From: a virus
Taxonomy: Duplodnaviria; Caudoviricetes
Length of the DNA stretch: 64,000 bases
Reading direction: 5' to 3' (one strand)
IMG/VR virus record: IMGVR_UViG_3300032270_001615
Span: 1-64,000 of that record
Shown here: positions 52,850 to 62,766 of the stretch, one piece after another
Numbering within the stretch: position 1 is the first letter of the stretch
Layout: each line of letters begins with the position of its first letter
The notes under the pieces: generated by a model
The model's database searches: none
What the model was told of the DNA's origin: nothing
The model's input: the letters and a program-made list of their open reading frames with translations, nothing else
Position numbers and translations under genes: made by a program

Positions 52850-55009
52850 TTATTGGTTTTTAGAAAATCTTCTCTGCCAGTAACTAAGGTTTTCTTTTCC
52901 GGATCTACCAAGTCCGCCTTCTGCCCACTGTATAAACTTGTCTTCATCGTAGAATTTTGCAACACCACCAATTACTTCTACGATTTTTTTAGGGTCAGAA
53001 CCTTTAGGGACATCAGTATTCCAAAGGGTAAATTCATCTAACGTTCCGTCATTAAGGTAACCATTTACAAGGCCGTATGTAGATGAGTGAACATTGGTCG
53101 TAATCTCTTCGGCTATAGATCTTCCATCTTCAGCTCTTCTTGCACGAAGCCTCTGTATTGCGGTATCCGTTGGAGTGAAAGCCCAGTGTCCAATGTTGCT
53201 GTATCCACGGTCGCGTATAGACCGGTAGTAGCGCATGCGCTGACCAGTTCCTTCTGTGATTATGTCCATTCCACCGCTTACAGCATCGTCGACAACCCTT
53301 GTGGCCGAGTTTGCTGATTCATAGTGAACAGCACCAGCACCACGACCACCAGCGTATCCAACCAAGCCTTGCTTGATGAAGTCTGGGTCTACGTGAGCAG
53401 CTTCGTCGTTTTTTGGAATCAGTCCTCTTTTTTGCAAGTAGTCAACAAGTGTTGATTTACCCATTCCTGGAGCTCCGGCTATTGCGAAATGACGCTTGTC
53501 TCCACTCTTCTTATTTCTGAATTGAGGTTTAACTCTATCCAGGATTATCTTGCCCATTTCCTTGCCGCCAACATTTGGTTTTCCAACATACCTTTCAGAA
53601 CGCATTCCTCTTGTAGACCTTGAGCCACGACCTTTTCCTGGACCGTAATTATTGTAGAAGCGCTCTAATTTCTTGTAATCTTTATCAGTAAGGCTTTCTT
53701 TGTCTTTCTTGTGTTTATCCACAATTGGACGAAGTGCATTGAAGCTTGGGTTTGCATACGCCCAATCCAAATGAGCCTTTCTTTTCATTCTCTTCAAGTG
53801 ATCCTTCATTGGATCTTCGCCTCCAGTTGTTGAAGGCATTCCTGGTGCTTGAGGTTTCGCTACTGCAGGTGTTTGAATACGTGCACGTGGCGTTGCTGGT
53901 CTTTCAAATGGGGTTCCTTCTTGGACAACCATGTCTCCGTCAGCATCTATTGCGTTTGGGTCAAACCTTGCATTCACGTTGTTGAGTATTCTTCTGCCAA
54001 GGCTCTTCGAACCAATTTTTACGCAACCATTACTCATTTTTCCGTGACGATTTCTCCTTTTACCGGTTGGAGCATATCCAGGCTCACAAGGGTTTATGAA
54101 ATCCGGAAGTTTGTTAAAACTTCTTGTTGATTCAATAAATGATTCGTTATCTGACATCGAACCAGATTCATCAGACTTGTACTTTCCTTTTACTGCGTCT
54201 TCCATTGCTTGTCTGATGCTGTTTTGATCATTCTTTGGGCCACGCTTTGTGCCTTTTTTCTTCTTGCCGTTCATGTCAACACCAGTGGCTGTTGTTCCAC
54301 CAAGAATAGCTTCTTTCACCAATGGGATAAACCCGTTGATTTCTTCAAACAAAGATTTTTTTCTTCTTAGTTTTGTCAGATCATCTCGGACGACTGTTCT
54401 TATTCTTCTGGTAAGAGCCTCTTGCTGATGTCTTCTTCCAAGTGCAGTTGTTCCGCTCAGTCTTGAATAGTCCGTCATGTTGGTGCATGGCATCCAAACG
54501 GTTCTTCCTGTTTTGGAAACTCTCCTGCTTACACCGATACAGCCAAGCTGTCTTGAGCGTGCTCTTGCAGACTCAATATCGCTAAAAACGTCAACGTCGT
54601 TGTCTCTTGGTGAAAATGGGTTTACTCCCTTTTCTTCAATTGACTCATAAGCAGCTTTCCCCATAGAAGAAGATTGCACACCACTTCCGACCCCAGAAGG
54701 AGTTGTGATTCTTGTTAATCCACCATCTTGTGATGTTTCAATTCCGTAGACTCCTCTTTGTCCAAGACGAAGCCATTCTTTCTTCTTTTTCTTTCCTTTT
54801 ATGGTTCTTGATTTTTGCCAGTCTTCAACTTCCGACAAAGCCGTTTTTCTTCTTGTTGGTTCAGCTGCATTCGAGATTCTGTCCAGCTCTTCTGGGGAGG
54901 CGCAGGGATTCCACTTTCCGTTTTTGTCTTGGTGTGCTCCAGAACAGCCGATAATCTCAGCCATTCTTATTGCTCCAAGCTTCCCAGTGAGTGAAGGGTC
55001 TTTTTCCAT
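52850..55009 (-). CDS. modular head-associated protein with C-terminal zeta-toxin-like P-loop kinase
   Basis: AGAPGMGKST, HVDPDFIK, HYES, TEGTG; upstream GC.G...W.PC x2, PCEPGY..CV and DADGD..QEGTPFERP modules. Confidence 0.75.
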   Translation of the reverse strand: MEKDPSLTGKLGAIRMAEIIGCSGAHQDKNGKWNPCASPEELDRISNAAEPTRRKTALSEVEDWQKSRTIKGKKKKKEWLRLGQRGVYGIETSQDGGLTRITTPSGVGSGVQSSSMGKAAYESIEEKGVNPFSPRDNDVDVFSDIESARARSRQLGCIGVSRRVSKTGRTVWMPCTNMTDYSRLSGTTALGRRHQQEALTRRIRTVVRDDLTKLRRKKSLFEEINGFIPLVKEAILGGTTATGVDMNGKKKKGTKRGPKNDQNSIRQAMEDAVKGKYKSDESGSMSDNESFIESTRSFNKLPDFINPCEPGYAPTGKRRNRHGKMSNGCVKIGSKSLGRRILNNVNARFDPNAIDADGDMVVQEGTPFERPATPRARIQTPAVAKPQAPGMPSTTGGEDPMKDHLKRMKRKAHLDWAYANPSFNALRPIVDKHKKDKESLTDKDYKKLERFYNNYGPGKGRGSRSTRGMRSERYVGKPNVGGKEMGKIILDRVKPQFRNKKSGDKRHFAIAGAPGMGKSTLVDYLQKRGLIPKNDEAAHVDPDFIKQGLVGYAGGRGAGAVHYESANSATRVVDDAVSGGMDIITEGTGQRMRYYRSIRDRGYSNIGHWAFTPTDTAIQRLRARRAEDGRSIAEEITTNVHSSTYGLVNGYLNDGTLDEFTLWNTDVPKGSDPKKIVEVIGGVAKFYDEDKFIQWAEGGLGRSGKENLSYWQRRFSKNQ

Positions 55010-55011
55010 TC

Positions 55012-55398
55012 TTAATCTACAATTACAACTTCTTCGTTTACTGGCTTTAGCTTCTCTGATTCGATCAGCGCTTCTTCGCGATCTGGGTAGCGAGATCTAA
55101 ACTGTCTAGCTTCTTCTAGGTCTGTTTCAAATTCTTTTTCAATTTTTGAGAAAGGGTCCGAAAACAGTTCAACACTTGGGTCCATGTTTGACTTGTAGTT
55201 AACCCTATTGATTTCTTTATCAAAAGCTTTTTCTAATTTTCTACCAAGTTCTGTCTTTGCGGGGAAGTTGTAATCATCTGGTCCACCGAACTTATCCTTA
55301 GGCATGAATGCAAACGGTGGATATAGAAGCAACTCTGCTATGTCTGCTTGTTTTTCAAGAAACAAGATATGTGCTGCGCGTATTTCTTCCATGATCAT
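55012..55398 (-). CDS. acidic hypothetical protein
   Basis: Coupled between two giant toxin-like genes. Confidence 0.55.
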   Translation of the reverse strand: MIMEEIRAAHILFLEKQADIAELLLYPPFAFMPKDKFGGPDDYNFPAKTELGRKLEKAFDKEINRVNYKSNMDPSVELFSDPFSKIEKEFETDLEEARQFRSRYPDREEALIESEKLKPVNEEVVIVD

Positions 55399-58300
55399 CC
55401 AAATCTGTTAATAATGTCCTGTTGGCGAGCTATCAGTGTATCTGCTATTTTCTTACGCTCAACCATGTCGCTGATCATGGTATCTACGGTTTTCCTGATC
55501 TGATCAGATGTTATTAAGCGCAATCTAGCCACTTGAGTCTTGATCTGATCTGGAGTCAATTTGCCGAAGACTCTTGCTGCAGTCGGGTTTACAGATGGAT
55601 CCCTGAGGGTATCCATTTCTCCTGCAACATCACCAAATGCCGTTGATCCTCCGGTGCCCTTGCGCCCTGCATTAGCTCTAAACAGTATTGCTCCGCCGGC
55701 ATCTATTGTAACTGGATTGCCAGAGCTATCAACTTGAGTGTTGTTATTCAATAGGGCGTCCCAGTTTCCAAGCCATGCGTGTGTAACGAAAGTGTCCGCG
55801 ATGGCGTCGTTCTGAGATGAACTGGCAGGAGATATATCTGTCATTATCTTTGAGACAACTCTTGGTGATCCGTTTTCATCTCCAAGATTTATTTCTGGCG
55901 TCTTTACTCCAGCAAGATTGTAGAGCCTTGAAGCTAGAACTTCGTTCTCGGCCTGTATCTGAGAGTTCGGTTGCTTGACGTAGTGCTCCACACCATTTCC
56001 GTCCCTATAGGTTCCTCCAGCGTTTGATCCTCGCTGACCACCAGTCTTTGTCCAACTTGTAACGTCAACGACTCCCTGAGCCTTCTTTTGGGCCTTAGAA
56101 GCCTTTGTAGCCTTCCTCTCGCCCTTAGCAAGCTTCTGAGCCACTTCGTCTTCAAGAGGAACATGGACAGCAGCAATCGATGATCTGTCATGTAGAAGAA
56201 TTACGTTTGAGTGACTGCGCTCAAGGCTGACGCCGATGATTGGTGCGAATCTTCCTTCTTCGTCCGTTCCAGCTGCTTTATTCAAGAACGATATTGCTTC
56301 TATGGCATCAGCTTTTGCTTTTACGCTATCTTTTCCGCTTCTGTCCATTTCTTCAAGTTGACTAATGATTGAATCCGCTATTGAGTAAGAGGCTGTTCCG
56401 CTGCGACTACTATGTGTTTCTGCCAAGCCTTTTCTTAATGCTGCAGCAATTTCTCCAGAAGTCAATTGCGAGGCTCCATCTTTTCCGCCCATTTCCTGGA
56501 TTGCGGTCATCATGGTTTCAGTTATCTTGTGCATTGCCTGTTGCTCGTTTTTAAGCGTCTGCTTATCAACAACTGTTGCTGAAGGTGGAATAAGAGCAAG
56601 GATGGTGTGTCGGTCATCTCTACCACCTCTGTATCCGTTCCAGGATTCAGGTTTATCCGTAAAGTATTCGCCAAAGCCGTGAACTTGTCCACCTTGGCCA
56701 GGAACGAATCTGTCAGGGTTTGTTAAGAACTGCTCAACGTATGCTTCACCCTTGACTTTTTCATTTCCTGTTCCTCTGACGATTGGAGTCCATCCAGCGT
56801 CGATCAAATCCTGAACTTCGTCTTTAGATATAAGTACAGGTTCATTGGAGAAACCAGTGTTTTCCCAAAGGTTGGAAATTGCTTGTCTGCGTTGAGCTTC
56901 TCTTCCGAGTCCTGCATCCTTTGCGTATTCACGAGAAACGAACGCAAGAGCCGAGGTGAATCTTGGATTAACCGTAAATGTTCCGTCAGCGTTTCTTGTA
57001 ACCATCTTGTGGTTATCGGACTTATTGCCCTTGACTTTTTCCTCAAGCTTGGAAGCACTTCTGTTTCTTCTGAGTCGAGCAGCGAGTTCGCGCTTCGCAG
57101 CCATGAATCTGAGCTTTTTCTGCTCAATTGCAAGTTCAGGGGACGTCTCAGTGAGTTGTCTACCTCGTCTGTTTCTTGTTGCAGACTTACGGGCAGCTTT
57201 TAGCTCACGCTTTCTCTTTCGTTCTGGATTGACTCGGAGGAAACGTTGACGAGTATCTGCCAACTTTTTGTCTTCGTCCGTTAGTGCGCTTAGTCCTGTA
57301 TCCAATCCTCTTGCGCGACCCCAGAATGATGATTCTTCTCCGAGGCCAAGTTTCTTGATTTCTGAACCACGCATCTTTGTTTTTCCGGTAACTGCTTCAG
57401 CTACTTTTTTCTGCGATTCAGTATGCAGATGCTCAACCATTTCGTAAGAATTGGAATCACGCATTTCAATCAAGGTCTGCATGTCGTCGAGCATTCTTTG
57501 AGCTTTTTCAGCTGGCGACAAAAGGGGATTGCCATCCTTGTCTACCTTTGGCTTTCCATCTTTATCTATTGCCACTGTGTCGATTCGTCCTGCCGCTATT
57601 TCAGCGTCTAGAACGAGTCGCATTTCGGTTATGTCGGAAGTGGTTAGCTTGTCGTCGTGATTTCTTGGTGCAAAAGTCCCACCTCTGCGAGTTTGTTTTT
57701 CTGCACCACGCATCTGTCCGCGCCACCAAGCAGCAAAGTATGATGTGCCAAACTCGGAGTCACTAGGATTTGGGTTTCGTTTTGTTGGCTTTTTCTTTCC
57801 ACCTTTGAGAGTGTTCGTCAGCTCTGTCTCAAGTTCCTGCATCGCCTTCGCAGCTTTGTCTTTATCGTTTGGAGCAAGACCCTCTACAAATCTGCCGTCG
57901 TTTGGACCAACCTTCTTCGATCCGGCACCAAAGACCGCCTTCTTTCCTTTTTCTGGTTTGGCATTTGGAACTGTTTGTACTCTTGCAATAGATGATTCAA
58001 GTCTTCTTGCGCGTCCTGGCATGGTTGAGCCAGATCTTCTTCTGCTTGGCATGCCGCGAGCTTCTGTTGAAGTGATTTCTGGAGTTTTAGGAAGGGTACG
58101 CATGTGACGCTGCTCAGCTTGCCTCACTTCGCTTCTTGTCATTCCGAGTATTTTTGCCATGTCTTCAAGGCTTATTACGCCAGTCATTCTTGCTGCGTAT
58201 ATTTGCTCGTCACTAAGTTTTTGCATTGGTTTTGGAACAGCCGATGCTTCGCTTGGTGTTATTCCAAGATATTCTGGTCTGATCGCAAATGGCAAACGGA

Positions 58301-59759
58301 GCCTGCTGCCCTTATGCATTTCGTTTATGTGAGCTTCCACGTCGTACATCGACATGGTGAATTCTTGGGCTACACGCCTATATGTTTCAGCTGGATTTTC
58401 ATTTGGCTTTTTAGTAAACGAATCGTACACTGCCTGAAGAGTGCTCTCTTCGAATTCCCTTCGAGGAAGCATTTCCCCGTTTGGACCACGTTGTCCTGGA
58501 AATCTTGCAAGTGTTGGCCCGCTTGAGGTTCTTGTGGATTTTGGTTTTGATCCACCGACAGCAGCTCTCACCGCATTGGCTTGTCTATTGACCCTCTGCG
58601 ACTGCATGCCTCGCGCTGGTTTTTTCTTTCTAGATACAACCGGCATGTCAGAAGGTACTGTGCCTTTGACATAATCAATAAGGTCAGTAAGTCTTCTGTC
58701 CCCGGCCAGCGATCCATTATTGAATTCGTCTTGCAAGTTTGATATTAGGTCGTTTTGCTCATTTCTTGTAAGTGAAGAAATGCTGTCTTTAGCCTTTTTT
58801 AGCAAAGGTGTGATTGCATCATTTGCACCATCTGCCTGTTCCAGTAAATCGTCAATGACTCCTTCTGGGTCTGTGTTCTTTATTGGTTTTGCATTATCTC
58901 TTGCTGAAGCCATTCCAGTAGCGCCTTGCGAGGCATTGTTTACGACACGCTTAACCGGCTTTGGGCTCGTATCAGGTCGCTCAAATGGAGTGCCTTCTTG
59001 AATTATCTTGTCAAGGTCGGCATCTATTGCATCTGGATCAAATCTTGCATTTGTTGCACGCAGCGTTCTTCTTCCTAGACGAGCTGCACCGCTGCCGAGC
59101 TTTGGTCCAATATCTTTTTTGCTCATTCCATCAAAAAATGAAGCTCCAACAGATTTTCTCTGAATTGGAAGAACCAACTTTTCTCTTGAGTCAACAATCA
59201 AATTTCCAAGTCTTCTTTCGAATCCGTTAGACATTTTTTCGCGCAACTCAGAATGAAATACGCTTCTCTCAATTCCTTTAGACTTGGAGTTAAAGCGATT
59301 GGTGTCTATATCAAATGCATGTTTCTGCGACTTGAATTCAGTAATAAAAGAAGAAAGTTTTTGATCGTTCTTGAATGCAAGTGCTTTGAAGTTTATTGAT
59401 CTTGTCTTTTGCTGACCCTGCCCAAGTATCGGGGAATCGCTTACATTGATAAAATCTTTTTCAATATCGTGCTTTACTGATTTGGTTTTTACATTGAACT
59501 GGCTTGTGCTCTTTAGGTCTGCCTCGCTAATCCCGAGCGTTTGCGCTAGATCCCTGTTTGGTATCTCAAATTCAGTTCCAGAAACACCAAATGGAAGGGA
59601 GAAGTCGTCCTGAGACTTTGCTTCACTGTTGGCCCATTTGGCCCACTCTCCAGAACTCTCATTAACGCCAAAATAGGTAATCGATTTTCCTGACTTGACT
59701 GCATAGCCGTATACTTCGCCGCCGATTTCGTCTTTAAGGATTGATACAAGCTTCATCAT
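55395..59759 (-). CDS. giant (1454 aa) head-associated protein with ART-like and HipA/PI3K-like kinase domains
   Basis: RGTG...PGQGGQVHGFGEYFT (ART-like); YVKQP..ENEVLASRLY.LAG...WLGNWD...IDAGG (kinase); DADLD..QEGTPFERP. Confidence 0.7.
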   Translation of the reverse strand: MMKLVSILKDEIGGEVYGYAVKSGKSITYFGVNESSGEWAKWANSEAKSQDDFSLPFGVSGTEFEIPNRDLAQTLGISEADLKSTSQFNVKTKSVKHDIEKDFINVSDSPILGQGQQKTRSINFKALAFKNDQKLSSFITEFKSQKHAFDIDTNRFNSKSKGIERSVFHSELREKMSNGFERRLGNLIVDSREKLVLPIQRKSVGASFFDGMSKKDIGPKLGSGAARLGRRTLRATNARFDPDAIDADLDKIIQEGTPFERPDTSPKPVKRVVNNASQGATGMASARDNAKPIKNTDPEGVIDDLLEQADGANDAITPLLKKAKDSISSLTRNEQNDLISNLQDEFNNGSLAGDRRLTDLIDYVKGTVPSDMPVVSRKKKPARGMQSQRVNRQANAVRAAVGGSKPKSTRTSSGPTLARFPGQRGPNGEMLPRREFEESTLQAVYDSFTKKPNENPAETYRRVAQEFTMSMYDVEAHINEMHKGSRLRLPFAIRPEYLGITPSEASAVPKPMQKLSDEQIYAARMTGVISLEDMAKILGMTRSEVRQAEQRHMRTLPKTPEITSTEARGMPSRRRSGSTMPGRARRLESSIARVQTVPNAKPEKGKKAVFGAGSKKVGPNDGRFVEGLAPNDKDKAAKAMQELETELTNTLKGGKKKPTKRNPNPSDSEFGTSYFAAWWRGQMRGAEKQTRRGGTFAPRNHDDKLTTSDITEMRLVLDAEIAAGRIDTVAIDKDGKPKVDKDGNPLLSPAEKAQRMLDDMQTLIEMRDSNSYEMVEHLHTESQKKVAEAVTGKTKMRGSEIKKLGLGEESSFWGRARGLDTGLSALTDEDKKLADTRQRFLRVNPERKRKRELKAARKSATRNRRGRQLTETSPELAIEQKKLRFMAAKRELAARLRRNRSASKLEEKVKGNKSDNHKMVTRNADGTFTVNPRFTSALAFVSREYAKDAGLGREAQRRQAISNLWENTGFSNEPVLISKDEVQDLIDAGWTPIVRGTGNEKVKGEAYVEQFLTNPDRFVPGQGGQVHGFGEYFTDKPESWNGYRGGRDDRHTILALIPPSATVVDKQTLKNEQQAMHKITETMMTAIQEMGGKDGASQLTSGEIAAALRKGLAETHSSRSGTASYSIADSIISQLEEMDRSGKDSVKAKADAIEAISFLNKAAGTDEEGRFAPIIGVSLERSHSNVILLHDRSSIAAVHVPLEDEVAQKLAKGERKATKASKAQKKAQGVVDVTSWTKTGGQRGSNAGGTYRDGNGVEHYVKQPNSQIQAENEVLASRLYNLAGVKTPEINLGDENGSPRVVSKIMTDISPASSSQNDAIADTFVTHAWLGNWDALLNNNTQVDSSGNPVTIDAGGAILFRANAGRKGTGGSTAFGDVAGEMDTLRDPSVNPTAARVFGKLTPDQIKTQVARLRLITSDQIRKTVDTMISDMVERKKIADTLIARQQDIINRFG

Positions 59760-61804
59760 TCGCCCTTGCTGATAATTGTGCGAAGCATCTCTTCTGAGCC
59801 TTTTAGGGCAGAGATTCTTTGATTGAATATTTTAAGAACAATATTAAGGTGGATCTTTTCACCCTCCGAAAGAGCTCCGTCTCTATACAACTTGCTCTTA
59901 AAACCGCTTACGCTAAAGGATCTTGCTTTTTGAAGCAGCTGCTGGTATATCCCAATAAATTGTTGACGCTTTAACTCTTGCAAGGACTGCGCGTATGCAG
60001 ATATCTGCGCGGCTCGTTTTTTATCCCAGAATTCATCGGCAGATATTTTTGAACGTTTTGCAATTTCAATATCGCTCAATGCAGTCAAACCAGATGTTGA
60101 GTTTGAAAGAACTGCAAGTTTGGTTGCTTCGTCTCTTGAAACGCCAACTATTGAGCCTGGATCTCTAAGCCTTTGATCAGTAACCCAGTCGGATATCATC
60201 AGTCTGGCAACATCAGCTGCGCTAAAGTCGTTAAACTTCGCAGACCTATTCATCGTTGATCCAGATAGGTAGCTGGTTGGATCTTGCTTCATAAACTTTC
60301 TTGAATCGCCAACCTCAATGCCTACTACGTCACCGGAAACGAGTCCCATGTGCTCTTGGAATGCGGCAGCAAGAGACTCTCCAATAAACTGGTACTTAGC
60401 AGGCTTTTCGTTGATTACAAATCGTTTTTTATCTTTCATTTCAATCAGTGATTGATTATTGTTAATCTTCTTTATCTTTGAAGCGTTTGCTTTTCTTAGG
60501 GCTTCGCTTCTTATCTCCATCGAAATATTAGATAGATCACCACCGCTATTAATTGACTGGATGGCGTTTTCCAGGTTCGTTATAAGCTTACCGCCAGTTT
60601 CCTCGGCAACTGTTTGGGTGTTAGGCATCTTTGGTTCAGTAGATCTTGAAGATGGCTTTCCTGAAAATGCTTGTTCTACTGTTCTTGATCGCTTGAGAGA
60701 TTCGCTGTAAAGAATTCCGTCGCCCGTCTGTGTCGCTACCTCTTTTAATCTTGCAGCGTAATCTGTAGAGTTTGATATATCAGCGGCCGAATTTACTGTT
60801 CTGCCAAGCTTTCTTCTTTCACCAACTGTCAATGGTCTCTTTTTTTCAAGAGAAAGAGTTGAACCATCTGGGAGAACGTACTTCAATGACGTAACACCTG
60901 TGTTAGAAAGCATTCCAAGTTCTTCACCGCCAAGCATGTTTCGCGAAGATACATTCATCAAAAATGTTGCACCTTCCATGTCTCTGTTGTCTGGTATTGC
61001 GCGCAGAACGGAAGGCGGAACAACTGGCTCTAAAACATACCCGTCTCTTCTTACAAGTCTTGTGGTTGGTTCTTTTATTGAACCAAGTTTTGATACAAGA
61101 GCATCAACTTCGAGTTTTAGCTTTTTTGGATTTGCAAACGAAACCTTTGGTATATCTGGCCTTCTTGATAAAACTGGATTCCCCTGCTGTGCTCCGCCAA
61201 GCGCAGTAACGTTTGTGTCAGGCGTAACGGCTCTGGCAACTCTTCTTAGTTTTCTAATAGCGCCTATTGCCAAACCAAGTGGTCCTGCGGTAACAAACAA
61301 TTGCTGACCGCACGTTGAGTACTTGTTGTCAGTAAATCTTCCGCCATATTGATAACCTTCTGGGCACCTTGATTGAGTTCTGTCGGATGTAACTGAACCG
61401 AGTGCGCCACCTATCGATGGTAATCCAGGTCTTCCTGGAGTTAGTATGCGCGACACCGCTGAGCGACCAGGACTGGCAATCGTGCTTATATTCCCGGGCA
61501 GAGCGGTGGTGCCGATTGTTTGTGCGGCCTGGCCGATTGGGTTATAGCTTCCCATTGACCCAACTTTTTTAACGTTGTAGTTTTTGGTGAATCCATTACG
61601 TTTAGCAAGGGCCTTGTACGAAATTATGTTTTCGCTTATAGCGCCACATCCGCGTATCAGTCTGTGATTTGATTTTGTAGAAAGATCAGCGACTATGACG
61701 CGAGCTTTTACTACAGTGGTTGATCCACAGCACTCGGATTTCTGTTCAAAAACAACATACTTATGATTCATTTTATCCGCAGCAACCTTTAACATTTGGG
61801 TCAA
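59756..61804 (-). CDS. large head-associated protein with degenerate HipA-like kinase C-terminus
   Basis: RCPEGYQYGGRFT..CG module; ESLAAA...LMISDWVTDQRLRDPGS. Confidence 0.55.
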   Translation of the reverse strand: MTQMLKVAADKMNHKYVVFEQKSECCGSTTVVKARVIVADLSTKSNHRLIRGCGAISENIISYKALAKRNGFTKNYNVKKVGSMGSYNPIGQAAQTIGTTALPGNISTIASPGRSAVSRILTPGRPGLPSIGGALGSVTSDRTQSRCPEGYQYGGRFTDNKYSTCGQQLFVTAGPLGLAIGAIRKLRRVARAVTPDTNVTALGGAQQGNPVLSRRPDIPKVSFANPKKLKLEVDALVSKLGSIKEPTTRLVRRDGYVLEPVVPPSVLRAIPDNRDMEGATFLMNVSSRNMLGGEELGMLSNTGVTSLKYVLPDGSTLSLEKKRPLTVGERRKLGRTVNSAADISNSTDYAARLKEVATQTGDGILYSESLKRSRTVEQAFSGKPSSRSTEPKMPNTQTVAEETGGKLITNLENAIQSINSGGDLSNISMEIRSEALRKANASKIKKINNNQSLIEMKDKKRFVINEKPAKYQFIGESLAAAFQEHMGLVSGDVVGIEVGDSRKFMKQDPTSYLSGSTMNRSAKFNDFSAADVARLMISDWVTDQRLRDPGSIVGVSRDEATKLAVLSNSTSGLTALSDIEIAKRSKISADEFWDKKRAAQISAYAQSLQELKRQQFIGIYQQLLQKARSFSVSGFKSKLYRDGALSEGEKIHLNIVLKIFNQRISALKGSEEMLRTIISKGE

Positions 61805-62429
61805 AATCTACTGAAATCTCATTGCCGTCTTCGTCTTCTCCAACGTGTTCCCAGTTTGAATTGTCTCTCAAGTACGAGGCAAATTCTGGTTCCATTTCGA
61901 TGAAGTCTTTCATTACCAACATTCCGTGAACGAAGTCATCATTTGTCACAACTGGTCTTGTGTCTTCAATTTCTCGCCAGTTTTTAGTTGAAAAAAACAT
62001 GTCGTCATCAAGGCTCTTCCCAGGAGACATGCTAGCAAGACGTGCATTTGGTGGATTGATTGGCCTATTTAGTCTTGCCGCAAACTCTCGGCCAGTCCAT
62101 TCATTTTTTTTAAGCTTCTTCAATTTGTTGCGACAATTTTTCATCGTTGGATGATGGCAACCTTCGTTTGGCCAAAGTCCGGTTGTTTCGTGATGAAGCC
62201 AAGCGCATATGTTCTCAAGGGGGTAAAGTTCTGGATGGTTAGCGAGAATGACGCGACACCTTCTGAAACCTCCGTCTTTAAGCATGATTGGACGCCAGTA
62301 ACGAAGAAGTCTTTCCAAGTTTCCTCTTCTCATTCCAGGACTACTACCGCCAGCTCCAGGCTTGTTTGGAGTCACGTCTCTTTGAGCAAGGCCTCTAGCG
62401 CTTGCTTTTTCTTCGAACATCTCATCCAT
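61773..62429 (-). CDS. head-associated conserved actinophage protein
   Basis: GNLERLLRYW...GGFRRC...CAWLHHETTGLWP. Confidence 0.6.
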   Translation of the reverse strand: MDEMFEEKASARGLAQRDVTPNKPGAGGSSPGMRRGNLERLLRYWRPIMLKDGGFRRCRVILANHPELYPLENICAWLHHETTGLWPNEGCHHPTMKNCRNKLKKLKKNEWTGREFAARLNRPINPPNARLASMSPGKSLDDDMFFSTKNWREIEDTRPVVTNDDFVHGMLVMKDFIEMEPEFASYLRDNSNWEHVGEDEDGNEISVDFDPNVKGCCG

Positions 62430-62766
62430 CTGATTTTTTCCTGTCTTTAGATTCTTTTATGAATCTGTTGAGAACTTCTAGATCGCCATCCCTAAATGGA
62501 TTGCCTGAAATGCTACCTAGCAAATATTTTTGCATTTCTTCAAACAAGTCGAGTCGCTTTTCGGCATACGGGTCTTTTCCGTAATACCATATTCGCAGGT
62601 TTCCAATGAACTGATCGGTAGAATCAGAAGATTTTTTTGCTGGATGCGGGAGTCCAAATATTTCTATCGACTTCTTTACATCTTCGTTGTTTTCAATAAC
62701 AAAATCATTTATACCGCTGAGCATGGATTTAAGTTCTTCAACAGATTTTACTGTTTCATTTGACAT
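62422..62766 (-). CDS. hypothetical protein
   Basis: Coupled downstream of the large truncated gene. Confidence 0.55.
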   Translation of the reverse strand: MSNETVKSVEELKSMLSGINDFVIENNEDVKKSIEIFGLPHPAKKSSDSTDQFIGNLRIWYYGKDPYAEKRLDLFEEMQKYLLGSISGNPFRDGDLEVLNRFIKESKDRKKSDG

